A DNA stretch of 62,323 bases, filler included, from a bacterium (GTDB taxonomy: Bacteria; UBA9089; CG2-30-40-21; SBAY01), in the NCBI GenBank assembly GCA_040757115.1. It is 11 parts of 11 records of this genome, joined end to end, with 100 filler letters (N's around TTAATTAATTAA, not from the genome) between each part and the next. Parts side by side here need not be neighbours in the genome. Positions count along the whole stretch, not along the records: positions 28,742 to 34,300 come from JBFLYA010000245.1; positions 34,401 to 39,922 come from JBFLYA010000246.1; positions 40,023 to 45,531 come from JBFLYA010000247.1; 8 more parts are not named here. One strand, given 5' to 3'. Below, in pieces: positions 31,256-41,949 of this stretch (position 1 is the stretch's first letter; the number at the start of each line of letters is the position of its first letter). Both the position numbers and the translations under genes were made by a program. The notes beneath the pieces are model-generated. The model had not been told where the DNA came from, did not search any database, and was given only the letters and a program-made list of their open reading frames with translations.

Positions 31256-32788
31256 CTAAAGTTTTTTTGAGGTCTTCATATTATTAAATATCTGTGAAGC
31301 AGTAAGAATATCCACTGCTCGTTGAAGTTGCGTGTCTAAAATCAGGTCATAAACAGGTTCCTTTTTTAACTCCTTTTTTCTGATTTCTATATCTATCTTT
31401 TTCTTAAGGAGCACTTCTTTTATTTTTATCCCATCTTTTTCTAAATTAGCCAGTAGTTCTTTCATATCATCTTCTGTATATGGATTATGTTCTTCAATAA
31501 ATTTTTTTACATACCCTTCTTTTTCTATCTTATTAAACATCTCTGCATCTTCCTTACTTAATTCATATTCTTCGGCAGTAATATCAGGAATGATTCCTTT
31601 ATCATGGATAGATTTACCTGAAGGTGTATAGTATTTAGCCGTAGTGAGGGCTATGCCGGAGTTATCTGCGAGTGAAATAACTGTTTGCACTGAGGCTTTT
31701 CCAAAACTTGGCAAACCAACGATAACTCCTCGTGGGGGAGCAACTCTTCTTTTAACAAGCCATTTTTCTGATTCTATCTCATTAATAGAAATATCCTCTT
31801 TATTCTCAAGCAATTTAGCCCATTTATCATATTCTACCTTATTAGTGATTAAAAATTTCTCATATTGTGGGTCTTGAATAGCTCCAGCAACAATTTCTGA
31901 ACCACTGGCACTCCCATGGTTAATTAAAACTACCATTGGATAATCACCATCCAGCCCTGAATCTGTTGCCTGATAATCTTGATTCATTTGTGGAATGCGA
32001 CCATTAATGGAAACAATCAATTTCTTATCGGATAAAAATTCATCCGTCACTGCCACGGCTGAATCTAATAACCCACCCGGATTATTTCTTAAATCTAAGA
32101 TTAAACTCTTCATATCCTTTTCTTTTAACTTTAAAAGGGCATTATGGAATTCATCTGGTGTCTTTTGATTAAAATTAGTTATCCGAATATAACCCATATC
32201 TTTCTTAATCATATCATATTTAACACTTTCGATTTTGATTATATCACGAATAATCGTAAATTTAAGCCATTCTTTTTCACCTTCCCTTTCAACGCTAATC
32301 GTAACTTCTGTTCCCTTAGGACCTCTTAATTTTCCAACCGCCTCAAATAAGGTAATATCTTTTGTTGTAACTCCATCAATCTCCATAATTTTATCACCTG
32401 CTTTAACGCCCGCCAGTGCCGCTGGTGTTTCCTCAATCGGTGAAATAACCGTTAATTGATTATCTTTAAGACCAATAACAATTCCTACTCCACCAAATTC
32501 ACCTTCTGTCTCCACTTTCATCTCTTTATATGATTCTGGGGTCATAAATCGTGTATGTGGGTCATTCAAACTTTTTAATAAGCCGCTAATGGCTCCATAG
32601 ATTAAATCCTTTGACTTAACTTTATCAATATCCACATATTGAGTCTGGACAATAGAGAGTGCCTGGGTAAAAAGCCGTATGTCATCATACATTTGTTGAT
32701 TTTTATCGGATGATGACCTGCTATCTCCGACTATTAGTCCTAAAAATGTTAGCCCAACAATTAACCACAATATTTTCTTACGAAACAT
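31256..32788 (-). CDS. S41 family carboxy-terminal processing protease
   Basis: DPHT, PDZ domain, DLRNNPGGLL, SASGSE, FGKASVQ, AKYYTPSG. Confidence 0.93.
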   Translation of the reverse strand: MFRKKILWLIVGLTFLGLIVGDSRSSSDKNQQMYDDIRLFTQALSIVQTQYVDIDKVKSKDLIYGAISGLLKSLNDPHTRFMTPESYKEMKVETEGEFGGVGIVIGLKDNQLTVISPIEETPAALAGVKAGDKIMEIDGVTTKDITLFEAVGKLRGPKGTEVTISVEREGEKEWLKFTIIRDIIKIESVKYDMIKKDMGYIRITNFNQKTPDEFHNALLKLKEKDMKSLILDLRNNPGGLLDSAVAVTDEFLSDKKLIVSINGRIPQMNQDYQATDSGLDGDYPMVVLINHGSASGSEIVAGAIQDPQYEKFLITNKVEYDKWAKLLENKEDISINEIESEKWLVKRRVAPPRGVIVGLPSFGKASVQTVISLADNSGIALTTAKYYTPSGKSIHDKGIIPDITAEEYELSKEDAEMFNKIEKEGYVKKFIEEHNPYTEDDMKELLANLEKDGIKIKEVLLKKKIDIEIRKKELKKEPVYDLILDTQLQRAVDILTASQIFNNMKTSKKL

Positions 32789-32848
32789 CTTATCCTCCTT
32801 ACAAAAAAACTCTCTTTATTTATATTATCGACAAAATATAACGATTTC

Positions 32849-32877
32849 ATTATACCCTATAATTATATTTATGTCAA
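32849..32877 (-). promoter_or_regulatory. Consensus sigma70 promoter of the S41 protease gene
   Basis: TTGACA-17 bp-TATAAT. Confidence 0.75.
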
Positions 32878-32898
32878 CAAAAAAAATTTTTTTCAAAC

Positions 32899-34113
32899 TT
32901 AATACCCCATTCTAAATGGTTCGACCCACACCTCATCTCCTTCTCTAATTTCATTTTGCTCTGGTAAAATCATCATCAAGCAATTAGCCACTAACATGGA
33001 AGAAAGTATCCCAGAACCTTGAGGACCGGTTGTGGTCACTTCCCAGCCATCTTTTCCTTGCGAAAGTATCCCCCTTAGAAATTCTGTTCGATTATCCTTT
33101 TTAGTCCTTTGAAATTTAGCCTTAGCTTTAAACTGGATAATTTTATCATAATCTTTATAACCAGCCATTTTCAAAAGGGCACATCGGACAAATTTAATAA
33201 AACTCACCATTACCGAAACAGGATTACCCGGCAAACCAAAGAAGTAACAATTACCAATCTTGCCAAATGAAACAGGTTTTCCTGGTTTTACATTCACCTG
33301 CCAGAATTCCAGATTACCCAATTCATTTACTACTTCTTTTACTAAATCATACTGGCCTACCGAAACACCACCAGAGGTAATGATAGCATCTGCTTTATTA
33401 CTTGCCTGGGCGAATTTCTTCTTTAAAACATCTTTATCATCTCTGATAATGCTTAGATCAATTATTTCTACCCCCAATTGTGTTAGTAATCCCATTAAAG
33501 TGTATCGATTGCTATCGTATTTTTTGCCTGATGGTCGTTTTTCTCCAGGCAGAAGGAGTTCATCGCCGGTGGAAGCAATGGCAACCGTTAATTTTCTAAA
33601 GGCATTTATAGTTGTATATCCCATTGCGGCTAACATCCCCATTTCTTGTGGTTTAATCCAGGTACCTTTGTCTAATATCAGGTTACCCTGTTTAATATCT
33701 TCACCTTGAAATCGGATATTAGCCCATTTTTTAGCGGCTTTTGGGGGAATAGTTACCCACTCACCTTCCTGACCTGTCACTTCTTGAATAACGACTGTAT
33801 CGGCTCCTTCAGGGAGGGTAGCACCTGTCATAATCCTAACTGCTTGTCCCTCTTCAATCTTTTTATCAAAATACCCTCCTGCGGGTAACTCACCAATTAC
33901 CTTTAATCTTGAGGGGGCTATTTCACTAATATCCTCGTATTGAATGGCATAACCATCCATTGCTGAATCATTATGAGATGGAATATCAAAAGGAGCGATT
34001 ATATCTACGGCAAGAATTCGATTTAATGATGCGACAATCTTAATTTCATCAGTTTCTTTAACCGTCACAACAGTTTCCAGTATTTTTGTTTTTGCCTCTT
34101 CAAATGAAATCAA
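32899..34113 (-). CDS. moeA: Molybdopterin molybdotransferase MoeA (start revised to TTG at 34113)
   Basis: SAMDGYA, STGDEL, TSGGVSVG, LPGNPVS; AAGGA RBS; the ORF-track start overlaps the -10 of a TTGACA-17-TATAAT promoter. Confidence 0.93.
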   Translation of the reverse strand: MISFEEAKTKILETVVTVKETDEIKIVASLNRILAVDIIAPFDIPSHNDSAMDGYAIQYEDISEIAPSRLKVIGELPAGGYFDKKIEEGQAVRIMTGATLPEGADTVVIQEVTGQEGEWVTIPPKAAKKWANIRFQGEDIKQGNLILDKGTWIKPQEMGMLAAMGYTTINAFRKLTVAIASTGDELLLPGEKRPSGKKYDSNRYTLMGLLTQLGVEIIDLSIIRDDKDVLKKKFAQASNKADAIITSGGVSVGQYDLVKEVVNELGNLEFWQVNVKPGKPVSFGKIGNCYFFGLPGNPVSVMVSFIKFVRCALLKMAGYKDYDKIIQFKAKAKFQRTKKDNRTEFLRGILSQGKDGWEVTTTGPQGSGILSSMLVANCLMMILPEQNEIREGDEVWVEPFRMGY

Positions 34114-34400
34114 TTTTAAATATCCTTTTGCAGGCAATTATATCAAAAACTTGAATCTATGTCAATTAAATTCTTGTAACTGCTGTGATTCAGACACTGG
34201 ACATCAACCATCAACCATCAACTATCAACTATCAACCATACTAATGTGAAGTTTTGGTTAATATTTACTATACTTATCGGCATTTCTAAGTAAAATTTTG
34301 NNNNNNNNNNNNNNNNNNNNNNNNNNNNNNNNNNNNNNNNNNNNTTAATTAATTAANNNNNNNNNNNNNNNNNNNNNNNNNNNNNNNNNNNNNNNNNNNN

Positions 34401-34546
34401 ATAGTTGATAGTTTATAGTTGATAGTTTATAGTTGAAGGACTATAGACTATAAACTATAAACCATAAACTATAAACCATAAACTATAAACTATACACCAT
34501 AAACTATAAACTATAAACCATAAACTATACACTATAAACTATAAAC
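34401..34546. repeat. Inverted arrays of the heptamer ACTATAA / TTATAGT
   Basis: More than a dozen tandem AC(T/C)ATA(A/C) units; related (C/T)ATCAAC array at 34201-34240. Confidence 0.9.
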
Positions 34547-34694
34547 GAGTTTTGCATTTTGCTTTGGAGGAAATTGATAAAAATAGAGGTTTTAAATACC
34601 CGCTTAAAAACTACAGTTTCATAGTTTTGCAGAACTATAGAAACAAGGAAACAAGGGAGGGTTTTATTAACTTTATTCTCCTGGAGGTAAATGA

Positions 34695-35942
34695 ATGCCT
34701 AAATTTGGAAAAAAAGAAGAAGGACTTTTTTGTTCTTTCTGTAGCAAAGGACAGACAGAAGTAAAGAGATTAATTGCCGGTCCAGGGGTTTATATCTGCG
34801 ATGAATGTGTCTTACTGTGTAATGAAATTATGGCTGAAGAGTGGTTTAATGATTACAAAGATACTCAAATAGGACTTTTACCACGGCCTAAAGAAATTAA
34901 GGCAATATTAGATGAATATGTTATTGGACAGGAAAGGGCAAAAAAGATACTTGCAGTCGCTGTTTATAACCATTATAAAAGGATAAATGTAAGTATTAGA
35001 AAATCCGATGTAGAATTAGAAAAAAGTAATATTGTCTTAATTGGTCCAACTGGTTCTGGAAAAACCCTCTTAGCTCAAACATTAGCCAGAATCCTTGATG
35101 TCCCATGTGCGATTGTCGATGCAACCGCATTAACTGAGGCAGGCTATGTGGGTGAAGATGTAGAAAATATACTTCTTCAACTTGTTCAAAATGCTAATTT
35201 TGACATAAAAAAGGCAGAAGCAGGAATAGTCTATATTGATGAAATAGATAAAATCGCTCGTAAAGGTGGAGATAATCCATCTATTACCCGTGATGTTTCT
35301 GGAGAAGGTGTTCAACAGGGATTACTTAAAATCCTGGAAGGAACAATTGCTAATGTTCCACCACAAGGAGGACGAAAGCATCCGCATCAGGAATATATTC
35401 GGCTGAATACGATGAATATCCTCTTCATTTGTGGCGGAGCTTTTGTTGGATTAGAAAAGGTAGTTGAAGAAAGAATCGGCAAAAAAGTAATGGGATTTGG
35501 TGGTGATATTCAAAGTAGAGAAAAAAAGAAAATAGGAGAACTGTTACAACAACTTATTCCAGAAGACCTGTTAAAATATGGACTTATACCTGAGTTCGTA
35601 GGCAGATTACCAGTTATTGCCTCATTAAGCAGTTTAGAAAAAACTGATTTAATGCGAATTCTCACTGAGCCTAAAAATGCCTTGACCAAACAATATAAGA
35701 AATTCTTTGAGCTGGAAGGGATAAGATTAAAATTTACGGATGATGCCATCGATTTAATTGCAGATATTGCCCTGACACGAGAGACAGGAGCAAGAGGATT
35801 ACGAGCAGTAATTGAAGAAACAATGCTTGATATTATGTATGAAATACCTTCCAAAAGCAATATTAAAGAATGTGTTGTTACCAGAGAAGTCGTGTTAAAT
35901 AAAATTGCTCCAACTTTAGTCCTGCATAAAGAAACCGCATAA
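34695..35942 (+). CDS. clpX: ATP-dependent Clp protease ATPase ClpX
   Basis: CSFC..CDEC zinc finger, [24 protein letters not shown]. Confidence 0.98.
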   Translation: MPKFGKKEEGLFCSFCSKGQTEVKRLIAGPGVYICDECVLLCNEIMAEEWFNDYKDTQIGLLPRPKEIKAILDEYVIGQERAKKILAVAVYNHYKRINVSIRKSDVELEKSNIVLIGPTGSGKTLLAQTLARILDVPCAIVDATALTEAGYVGEDVENILLQLVQNANFDIKKAEAGIVYIDEIDKIARKGGDNPSITRDVSGEGVQQGLLKILEGTIANVPPQGGRKHPHQEYIRLNTMNILFICGGAFVGLEKVVEERIGKKVMGFGGDIQSREKKKIGELLQQLIPEDLLKYGLIPEFVGRLPVIASLSSLEKTDLMRILTEPKNALTKQYKKFFELEGIRLKFTDDAIDLIADIALTRETGARGLRAVIEETMLDIMYEIPSKSNIKECVVTREVVLNKIAPTLVLHKETA

Positions 35943-36034
35943 AGGATTATGCCTCGAAATCAGTGTGATTATCACAAACAATTTCCACCGGTGCAATTAG
36001 AAATAAAGGGATAATATTTTGGGAGGAATATCAC

Positions 36035-37759
36035 ATGCTTCATAAAATATATTTAGCCTTTTTATGGCATTTTCATCAACCAATGTATAAAAATATCATT
36101 AATACTCAAAAAGGGGCATATTTTATGCCATGGGTAAGAATGCACTCGATAAGAGATTATTTTAGTATGGCATATTTACTTAAAAAATATCCCAAAATAC
36201 ATCTTACCTATAATTTTGTTCCATCTTTATTATGGCAAATTGAGGATTATGTTAATAATTCAGCCACAGATAGAGAATTAGAATTATCATTAAAACCCGT
36301 TTCTAAATTATCTCAAGGAGAGAAGAATTATATTTTAATGCACTTTTTTGATGGAAATTATGAAACTCAAATTTATCCATATCCTCGATATAAAGAGTTA
36401 TTGCAAAAAAGACAATCTAAAAAAACCTTTACCGGGCAAGATTTGATTGATTTAAAGATGTGGTTTAATTTAAGTTGGTTTGGGGAAATATTTAAACAAG
36501 GCGAGGTAACACTCCCGGATTCAAATATTCTCCCGGTTAAAGATTTTATAGAAAAGGATAGTGGATTTAAAGAAGATGATATTACTCAAATAATAGATTT
36601 GCAGTATAAAATTATGCGTAATATCATTCCTATTTATAAAAATCTTCAGGAGAAAGGTCAGATTGAAGTTTCTACCAGCCCATTTTACCATCCAATTATT
36701 CCTTTGATTTATGATACAAATCAGGCAACTATTGATAAAGAGGGATTGACATTGCCACCACGCTTTTCAATGCCAGGGGATGCAAAGGCACAGATTGATT
36801 TAGCCGTTGAGTATTATTCTAAGATATTTGGTCAACCGCCACGAGGGATGTGGCCATCAGAAGGGGCTGTAAGTCAATCGACTATTCATCTATTTGCTCA
36901 GGCTAATCTCAACTGGATTGCTACGGACCAGGGGGTATTACAGAAATCCGGTAAATATGGCTACGAGGCTTATAAGCCAGATGTCCTATGTTCACCTTAC
37001 TTAGCCTTCGATGAAGAGAAAAATTCAGAGATAACCATTTTCTTCCGCGAAACTAAATTATCTAATGTTATAAGTTTTGATTATCAAAGATATAGAGATT
37101 ACAAACAGGCGGCTATGGAATTTATTAATTGGGTAAAGGGATTTGCCCATAACGAAGACCGAATTTTAACTGTTATCCTTGATGGAGAAAATCCCTGGGG
37201 ATATTATCGTAAGACGGGCGTAGAATTTCTTAATGCCCTTTATAAAAATTTATCTAAAGATAAAGAAATTATTACAGTTACATTTTCAGAATACATCACT
37301 GGTAATTCTGCTCGAGGTATTTTAGCCCATCCTAAAGAGACTCAAAAAAAGGTTTATGACCTATTTTGTGCCAGCTGGATAGACCAGGCCGGGTCTATGC
37401 CCGGAAATGACCTTGGCACCTGGATAGGTGATAAAGAAAAGAATAATGCCTGGAATTTACTCCGTTTGGTTAGGGAGGATTTAGACAAAAAGGGTATTAC
37501 CCCACAAAACTATCCACAGGTGTTTGAATCAATCTATGCGGCAGAAGGAAGCGATTGGTTCTGGTGGTATGGCACTGATTACTCAAGTGACCGTGATGAC
37601 CAGTTTGATACATTATTTAAAGACCATTTAAAAAATGCCTATTTGCGATTAGGATTGACATCAAGTCTCACCCAAAATTCTGTTAACATAACTTCAAATT
37701 TAGGTAACCCTTCAGATAGTAATTCACCGCAGAGACGCAGAGGAACGGAGAAGACATAG
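36035..37759 (+). CDS. Glycoside hydrolase family 57 (amylopullulanase-like); last ~18 aa are repeat-derived
   Basis: WHFHQP, HPIIPL, WPSEG, LDGENPW, AEGSDWFWW. Confidence 0.9.
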   Translation: MLHKIYLAFLWHFHQPMYKNIINTQKGAYFMPWVRMHSIRDYFSMAYLLKKYPKIHLTYNFVPSLLWQIEDYVNNSATDRELELSLKPVSKLSQGEKNYILMHFFDGNYETQIYPYPRYKELLQKRQSKKTFTGQDLIDLKMWFNLSWFGEIFKQGEVTLPDSNILPVKDFIEKDSGFKEDDITQIIDLQYKIMRNIIPIYKNLQEKGQIEVSTSPFYHPIIPLIYDTNQATIDKEGLTLPPRFSMPGDAKAQIDLAVEYYSKIFGQPPRGMWPSEGAVSQSTIHLFAQANLNWIATDQGVLQKSGKYGYEAYKPDVLCSPYLAFDEEKNSEITIFFRETKLSNVISFDYQRYRDYKQAAMEFINWVKGFAHNEDRILTVILDGENPWGYYRKTGVEFLNALYKNLSKDKEIITVTFSEYITGNSARGILAHPKETQKKVYDLFCASWIDQAGSMPGNDLGTWIGDKEKNNAWNLLRLVREDLDKKGITPQNYPQVFESIYAAEGSDWFWWYGTDYSSDRDDQFDTLFKDHLKNAYLRLGLTSSLTQNSVNITSNLGNPSDSNSPQRRRGTEKT

Positions 37760-37913
37760 AAATAAATCAGATAACAGAAAAGAGAGTAGAAAGGCACAAG
37801 GTTTTCTGACTACTGACTATTGACTACTGATTTAATGTTGCGCTACTCAAGAGCTTGCCCTGATGAAAATCAGGGATGTTATGCGTCTCTGCGTCTCTGC
37901 GGTAAACGGTGGC
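37704..37913. mobile_element. Degenerate GTAA-end element overlapping the GH57 stop
   Basis: GTAACCCTTCAG..ACCGCAGAGACGCAGAG / CTCTGCGTCTCTGCGGT inverted pair. Confidence 0.65.
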
Positions 37914-37924
37914 TAAAATTTCAG

Positions 37925-37953
37925 TTGCTTTTTTAAAAGATTAGATGTATAAT
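37925..37953 (+). promoter_or_regulatory. Sigma70 promoter of dapF (probably leaderless transcript)
   Basis: TTGCTT-17 bp-TATAAT, ATG 6 nt downstream. Confidence 0.6.
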
Positions 37954-37959
37954 AAAGTT

Positions 37960-38775
37960 ATGGTTGAAATCTGTTTTACTAAAATGGTTGCCAGTGGAAA
38001 TGACTTTATCGTGATAGATAATCGGGATGGGGTAATTGATGTTACCCCTGGTTTAGTCAGGAAGATATGTCAGCGTAAGTTTGGTATTGGTGCGAATGGT
38101 GTGCTTATTGTCGAGCGGTCAAAACTCGCTGATTTCAGAATGAGAATTATCAACTCCGATGGTTCTGAAGCTGAAATGTGTGGTAATGGGGGAAGATGTA
38201 TTGCCAGATTTGCTCAAATAAAAGAAATAGCTAAAAACAAAATGAAATTTGAAACATTAGCCGGGATAATTTTGGCTGAAGTAACAAACAACCGCGTAAA
38301 AGTTAAACTCACAGACCCACTAAATCTTTTCCTCAACAAAAAAATCCGCATAAAAGATAAAGAACTGACTGTGCACTGTTTAAATACAGGTGTGCCACAC
38401 GCTGTTTTAATCCTTGACGAAATAGAAAAGGTAGAGGTAGTAGAATCAGGTAAGCAGATTAGATGGCATCAGGATTTTGCGCCTGCCGGGACTAATGTCA
38501 ACTTTATTCAGGTAATCGATAACCAGACGATTAAAATAAGAACTTATGAGCGGGGCGTAGAGGATGAAACATTAGCCTGTGGCACTGGCTCAGCCGCCTC
38601 GGCTTGTATTTCCTCTATCTTAGAACTTGCAAAACCACCCGTAAAAATGATAACTAAAAGTGGTGAAATCCTTGAGATAGATTTTGAAAAGGATAAAGAG
38701 GTAATCACTAACCTTTATCTCACAGGCGATGTCCAGATTGTCTATGAAGGGGTAATAATGGAGGTAAAAACATAA
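37960..38775 (+). CDS. dapF: Diaminopimelate epimerase
   Basis: GNDF, EMCGNGGRC, ERGVEDETLACGTG. Confidence 0.96.
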   Translation: MVEICFTKMVASGNDFIVIDNRDGVIDVTPGLVRKICQRKFGIGANGVLIVERSKLADFRMRIINSDGSEAEMCGNGGRCIARFAQIKEIAKNKMKFETLAGIILAEVTNNRVKVKLTDPLNLFLNKKIRIKDKELTVHCLNTGVPHAVLILDEIEKVEVVESGKQIRWHQDFAPAGTNVNFIQVIDNQTIKIRTYERGVEDETLACGTGSAASACISSILELAKPPVKMITKSGEILEIDFEKDKEVITNLYLTGDVQIVYEGVIMEVKT

Positions 38776-39723
38776 ATGAAAAAAATAATCTTAGGAGTGG
38801 TATTAAGTATTTGTTCATTGCAAGCACAGGCACAGACTAAAACTGTGGTTTTAGTTAATGATGTCCCAATTACAGAGGCTAAATTAGTTCAGGCAATGAA
38901 ACCTTACGAGGCTGAAATTGCGGGCTCGCAAACGGTGTATCTTAAAATCCGTGAAAAGGTATTAGATGCCTTAATTGAGGAGGAATTGGTTATTCAAGAG
39001 GCAGAGGTAAGAAAAATTGAAATTCCCCGGGAGGAAATTGAACAGATTATCAATGTCATCAAAGGCAGATTCGAATCTGAGGAAAAGTTTAAATTAGCCG
39101 TTGAAACAGCAGGAATGAGTATGGAAGAATTTAATGAAAAGGTAAAAAGAGATTTACTTTTCCAGCGAATTAAGGATATAGAACTTAAAAAAAGGCTTAC
39201 CGTAACTCAAGAAGAAGTAGATAATTTCTGTAAAGATTATGGGAAAAAGGTTCATGCCCAACATATCCTCGTTAACACTGAAAAAGAAGCATTAGATATT
39301 CTTCAGAAGGCTCAGTCTGGTGCGGATTTTAGTCAATTGGCGGCGACATATTCTCTCTGTCCATCCCGGCAAATGGGTGGTGATTTAGGTTTTTTTGGTA
39401 AAGGACAAATGGTGCCAGAATTTGAACAAGCCGCTTTTTCAATGAATAAAGAAGGGCAATTAAGTGGTGTGGTTAAAACCCAATTTGGCTGCCATATCAT
39501 CAGATTTATTGCTAAAAAAGACCCCTCACCAGAAGAAATTACCTCAATCAAAACCGCACTTATGAACGAATTGTTTGGCAGAACATATTTTATTACGGGT
39601 AATGGATTAGATTTTGAAATAAAACGAAATTTAGAAGAGAGATTTATTGGTCAAAAGTTAGGAGTAGAATATATCATCTGGCTTTTTGAACTTAAAAATA
39701 AGGCAAAGATTGTGAAAATGTAA
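38776..39723 (+). CDS. SurA/PrsA-like parvulin peptidyl-prolyl isomerase
   Basis: Signal peptide, HILV, GGDLGFFGKGQMVPEFEQAAF. Confidence 0.9.
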   Translation: MKKIILGVVLSICSLQAQAQTKTVVLVNDVPITEAKLVQAMKPYEAEIAGSQTVYLKIREKVLDALIEEELVIQEAEVRKIEIPREEIEQIINVIKGRFESEEKFKLAVETAGMSMEEFNEKVKRDLLFQRIKDIELKKRLTVTQEEVDNFCKDYGKKVHAQHILVNTEKEALDILQKAQSGADFSQLAATYSLCPSRQMGGDLGFFGKGQMVPEFEQAAFSMNKEGQLSGVVKTQFGCHIIRFIAKKDPSPEEITSIKTALMNELFGRTYFITGNGLDFEIKRNLEERFIGQKLGVEYIIWLFELKNKAKIVKM

Positions 39724-40231
39724 CTATTCCGCCACTGATTATAGCACTTATTAATCGAAATTTGACATAGATATGGCTATGAAATTCCAAATCACAAATT
39801 CCAAATTCCATTTAGTGAATTAGTGAATTAAGCGAATTAGCGAATTAGTAAAATCTAATCTCTAATTCACTAATCTCTAATTCGCTTTTTGGTATGTGGA
39901 ATTTGGTGCTTATTTGAGATTTNNNNNNNNNNNNNNNNNNNNNNNNNNNNNNNNNNNNNNNNNNNNTTAATTAATTAANNNNNNNNNNNNNNNNNNNNNN
40001 NNNNNNNNNNNNNNNNNNNNNNGCAGAGCTGTCCACAACTTACCCACAATTGCTTGGATAACTCCTTTGGAGTTACCCACACTCTCCACATCACTACCAG
40101 TACTAATAATTAATTTTTTAATTTTATTTTCAACCCCCAACCCCCAATCTTGGGGGATTTAATAAGGAATTAAGATTGTGGCATTCAAAATGACCAACAA
40201 TATATATTATACGAGGAGGATAGAAGATAAA

Positions 40232-40516
40232 ATGTCTGATGAAATTAAAGAAACACCTCCAGAAGAAGGTAACTTTTTGGACCTTATTTCTATGTTATCT
40301 ACTTCTGGAATGATTCATTTGGGTGAAATAAAAGACCCAATTACTAATGAAAGCAAAGTGAACCTTGAAGGAACCAGATGGAGTATCGATATGTTGGGAA
40401 TATTAGAAAAAAAGACTAAAGGAAATTTAACTAATGAAGAAAGTGAGATATTAGTGAATGTTTTATATAATCTAAGAATGAAATATCTGGAAGCACTAAA
40501 GAAGAAAGAAGGTTAA
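40232..40516 (+). CDS. DUF1844-like protein (start revised)
   Basis: LGEIKDP, IDML.ILEKKTKGNLTNEE..L..LR; GAGGAGG RBS. Confidence 0.75.
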   Translation: MSDEIKETPPEEGNFLDLISMLSTSGMIHLGEIKDPITNESKVNLEGTRWSIDMLGILEKKTKGNLTNEESEILVNVLYNLRMKYLEALKKKEG

Positions 40517-40524
40517 GGATAAGG

Positions 40525-41676
40525 ATGAAATTTGAATTTATTGCCCCAGCAAAGATAATATTTGGCGAGGAAAGTAGTGCCACGGTTGGCATTGAAACGA
40601 AAAGATTTGGCAAAAAAGTATGTTTGATTACGGGTAAAACGGCGATGGCTAAAAGTGGTATTTTGAATAATGTGCGTAAGTCTTTAGAAGATGCAGGATT
40701 AGAAGTAATTCTCTTTGATAAAGTGACACCTGAACCGACTATACAAATGGTTGATGAAGGATTATCATTAGTTAAAAGAATCAAATGTGAAGTGGTCATT
40801 GGACTAGGAGGCGGAAGTTCCTTAGATGTGGCTAAGGCAGTAGCAGGTTTAGCCAATGATGGTGGTGATTGTGCTGAATATCAAGAAGGTAGAAAAATAC
40901 AAAAAGAAGGATTACCATTTATTGCTATACCAACTACGGCTGGAACAGGTGCAGAAGCAACTTATAACGCAGTTATTATTAATGAAGAAAAAAAGGTTAA
41001 ACAAAGCATTCGAGATTATTCGTTAATGGCAAAGGTAGCGATTGTTGACCCCACATTAACTTTTACACTTTCTTCAAATATGACGACTATTTGTGGGATG
41101 GATACCTTAGTTCATCTTATAGAAGGTTATGTTTCAAATGGGGCTAATCTTTTAACAGATTCATTAGCTCTTCAAGGGATTAAATTAGTCAGTGCAAGTT
41201 TAAAAAAGGTAGTTTTCGATGGTCAGGATAAAAAGGCAAGAACAGATATGTCTTTAGCCTCATTGCTTGGTGGGTTGGTATTAGCCAATGCTGGTTTGGG
41301 GGCTGTCCATGGATTAGCCGCTTCTTTAGGACCGTTATACAATCTCCCACATGGCCTGGCCTGTGCGGTTTTACTCCCTTATGTTATGGAGTATAATTTA
41401 GAAGCCGCTATTCCAAAGTTTGCCCAAATTGCTTATCTTCTGGATAAACAAACCACGACTCTTTCAACCGAAGGAGCGGCTTTTGAATCCGTAGTTTTAA
41501 TCGAAGAATTTATCTCAAGTCTAAAATTACCTTTTAGTTTAAGCAGTCTTGGTGTTCAAGAACAGGATTTACCAATTATCGTTCAAGGGGTCTCTTCTTC
41601 TTTAAAATATAACCCACGAGAGGCGAATTTTAAAGATTTGCTTAATATCCTTAAAAACGCTCTGGTTGGAGAATGA
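40525..41676 (+). CDS. Iron-containing alcohol dehydrogenase
   Basis: GGGSSLDVAK, PTTAGTGAE, DTLVHLIEGY, HGLA, HG. Confidence 0.93.
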   Translation: MKFEFIAPAKIIFGEESSATVGIETKRFGKKVCLITGKTAMAKSGILNNVRKSLEDAGLEVILFDKVTPEPTIQMVDEGLSLVKRIKCEVVIGLGGGSSLDVAKAVAGLANDGGDCAEYQEGRKIQKEGLPFIAIPTTAGTGAEATYNAVIINEEKKVKQSIRDYSLMAKVAIVDPTLTFTLSSNMTTICGMDTLVHLIEGYVSNGANLLTDSLALQGIKLVSASLKKVVFDGQDKKARTDMSLASLLGGLVLANAGLGAVHGLAASLGPLYNLPHGLACAVLLPYVMEYNLEAAIPKFAQIAYLLDKQTTTLSTEGAAFESVVLIEEFISSLKLPFSLSSLGVQEQDLPIIVQGVSSSLKYNPREANFKDLLNILKNALVGE

Positions 41677-41868
41677 TAGACAAAATTAGAAATTGAAAAA
41701 AGGTAACCTTTAGCCATCTGAGGGTGTAAATAAGGGAAAATGGAAAAAACCGGGAAAAAGAGAAAAAAATAGGTGATGATTAAGATGTCCGTTTGGTCGA
41801 AGGAATAACAAAAGATATAATGCTGTGTTTTATCCGTGTTAATCTGTGGCTGAATAAAATAATAATTA

Positions 41869-41927
41869 GGCTAACAAGTCGTTAGAGCGGACGTGCTAAC
41901 GCACGCCGCTGAACTCTGTCGTTAGCA
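41869..41927 (+). other. attC site (59 bp)
   Basis: GGCTAAC...GTTAGCA with internal AGCGG.CGTGC / GCACG.CCGCT dyad. Confidence 0.85.
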
Positions 41928-41949
41928 ATAAAATAAAAGGAAATTCCGA

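Noticed and set aside
40023-40100. Possible DnaA-box cluster or replication origin
   Set aside because: It has only imperfect TT(A/G)NCCACA-like matches in a dyad joined to a dispersed repeat at a contig edge, with no dnaA context. It is more likely part of a mobile repeat.
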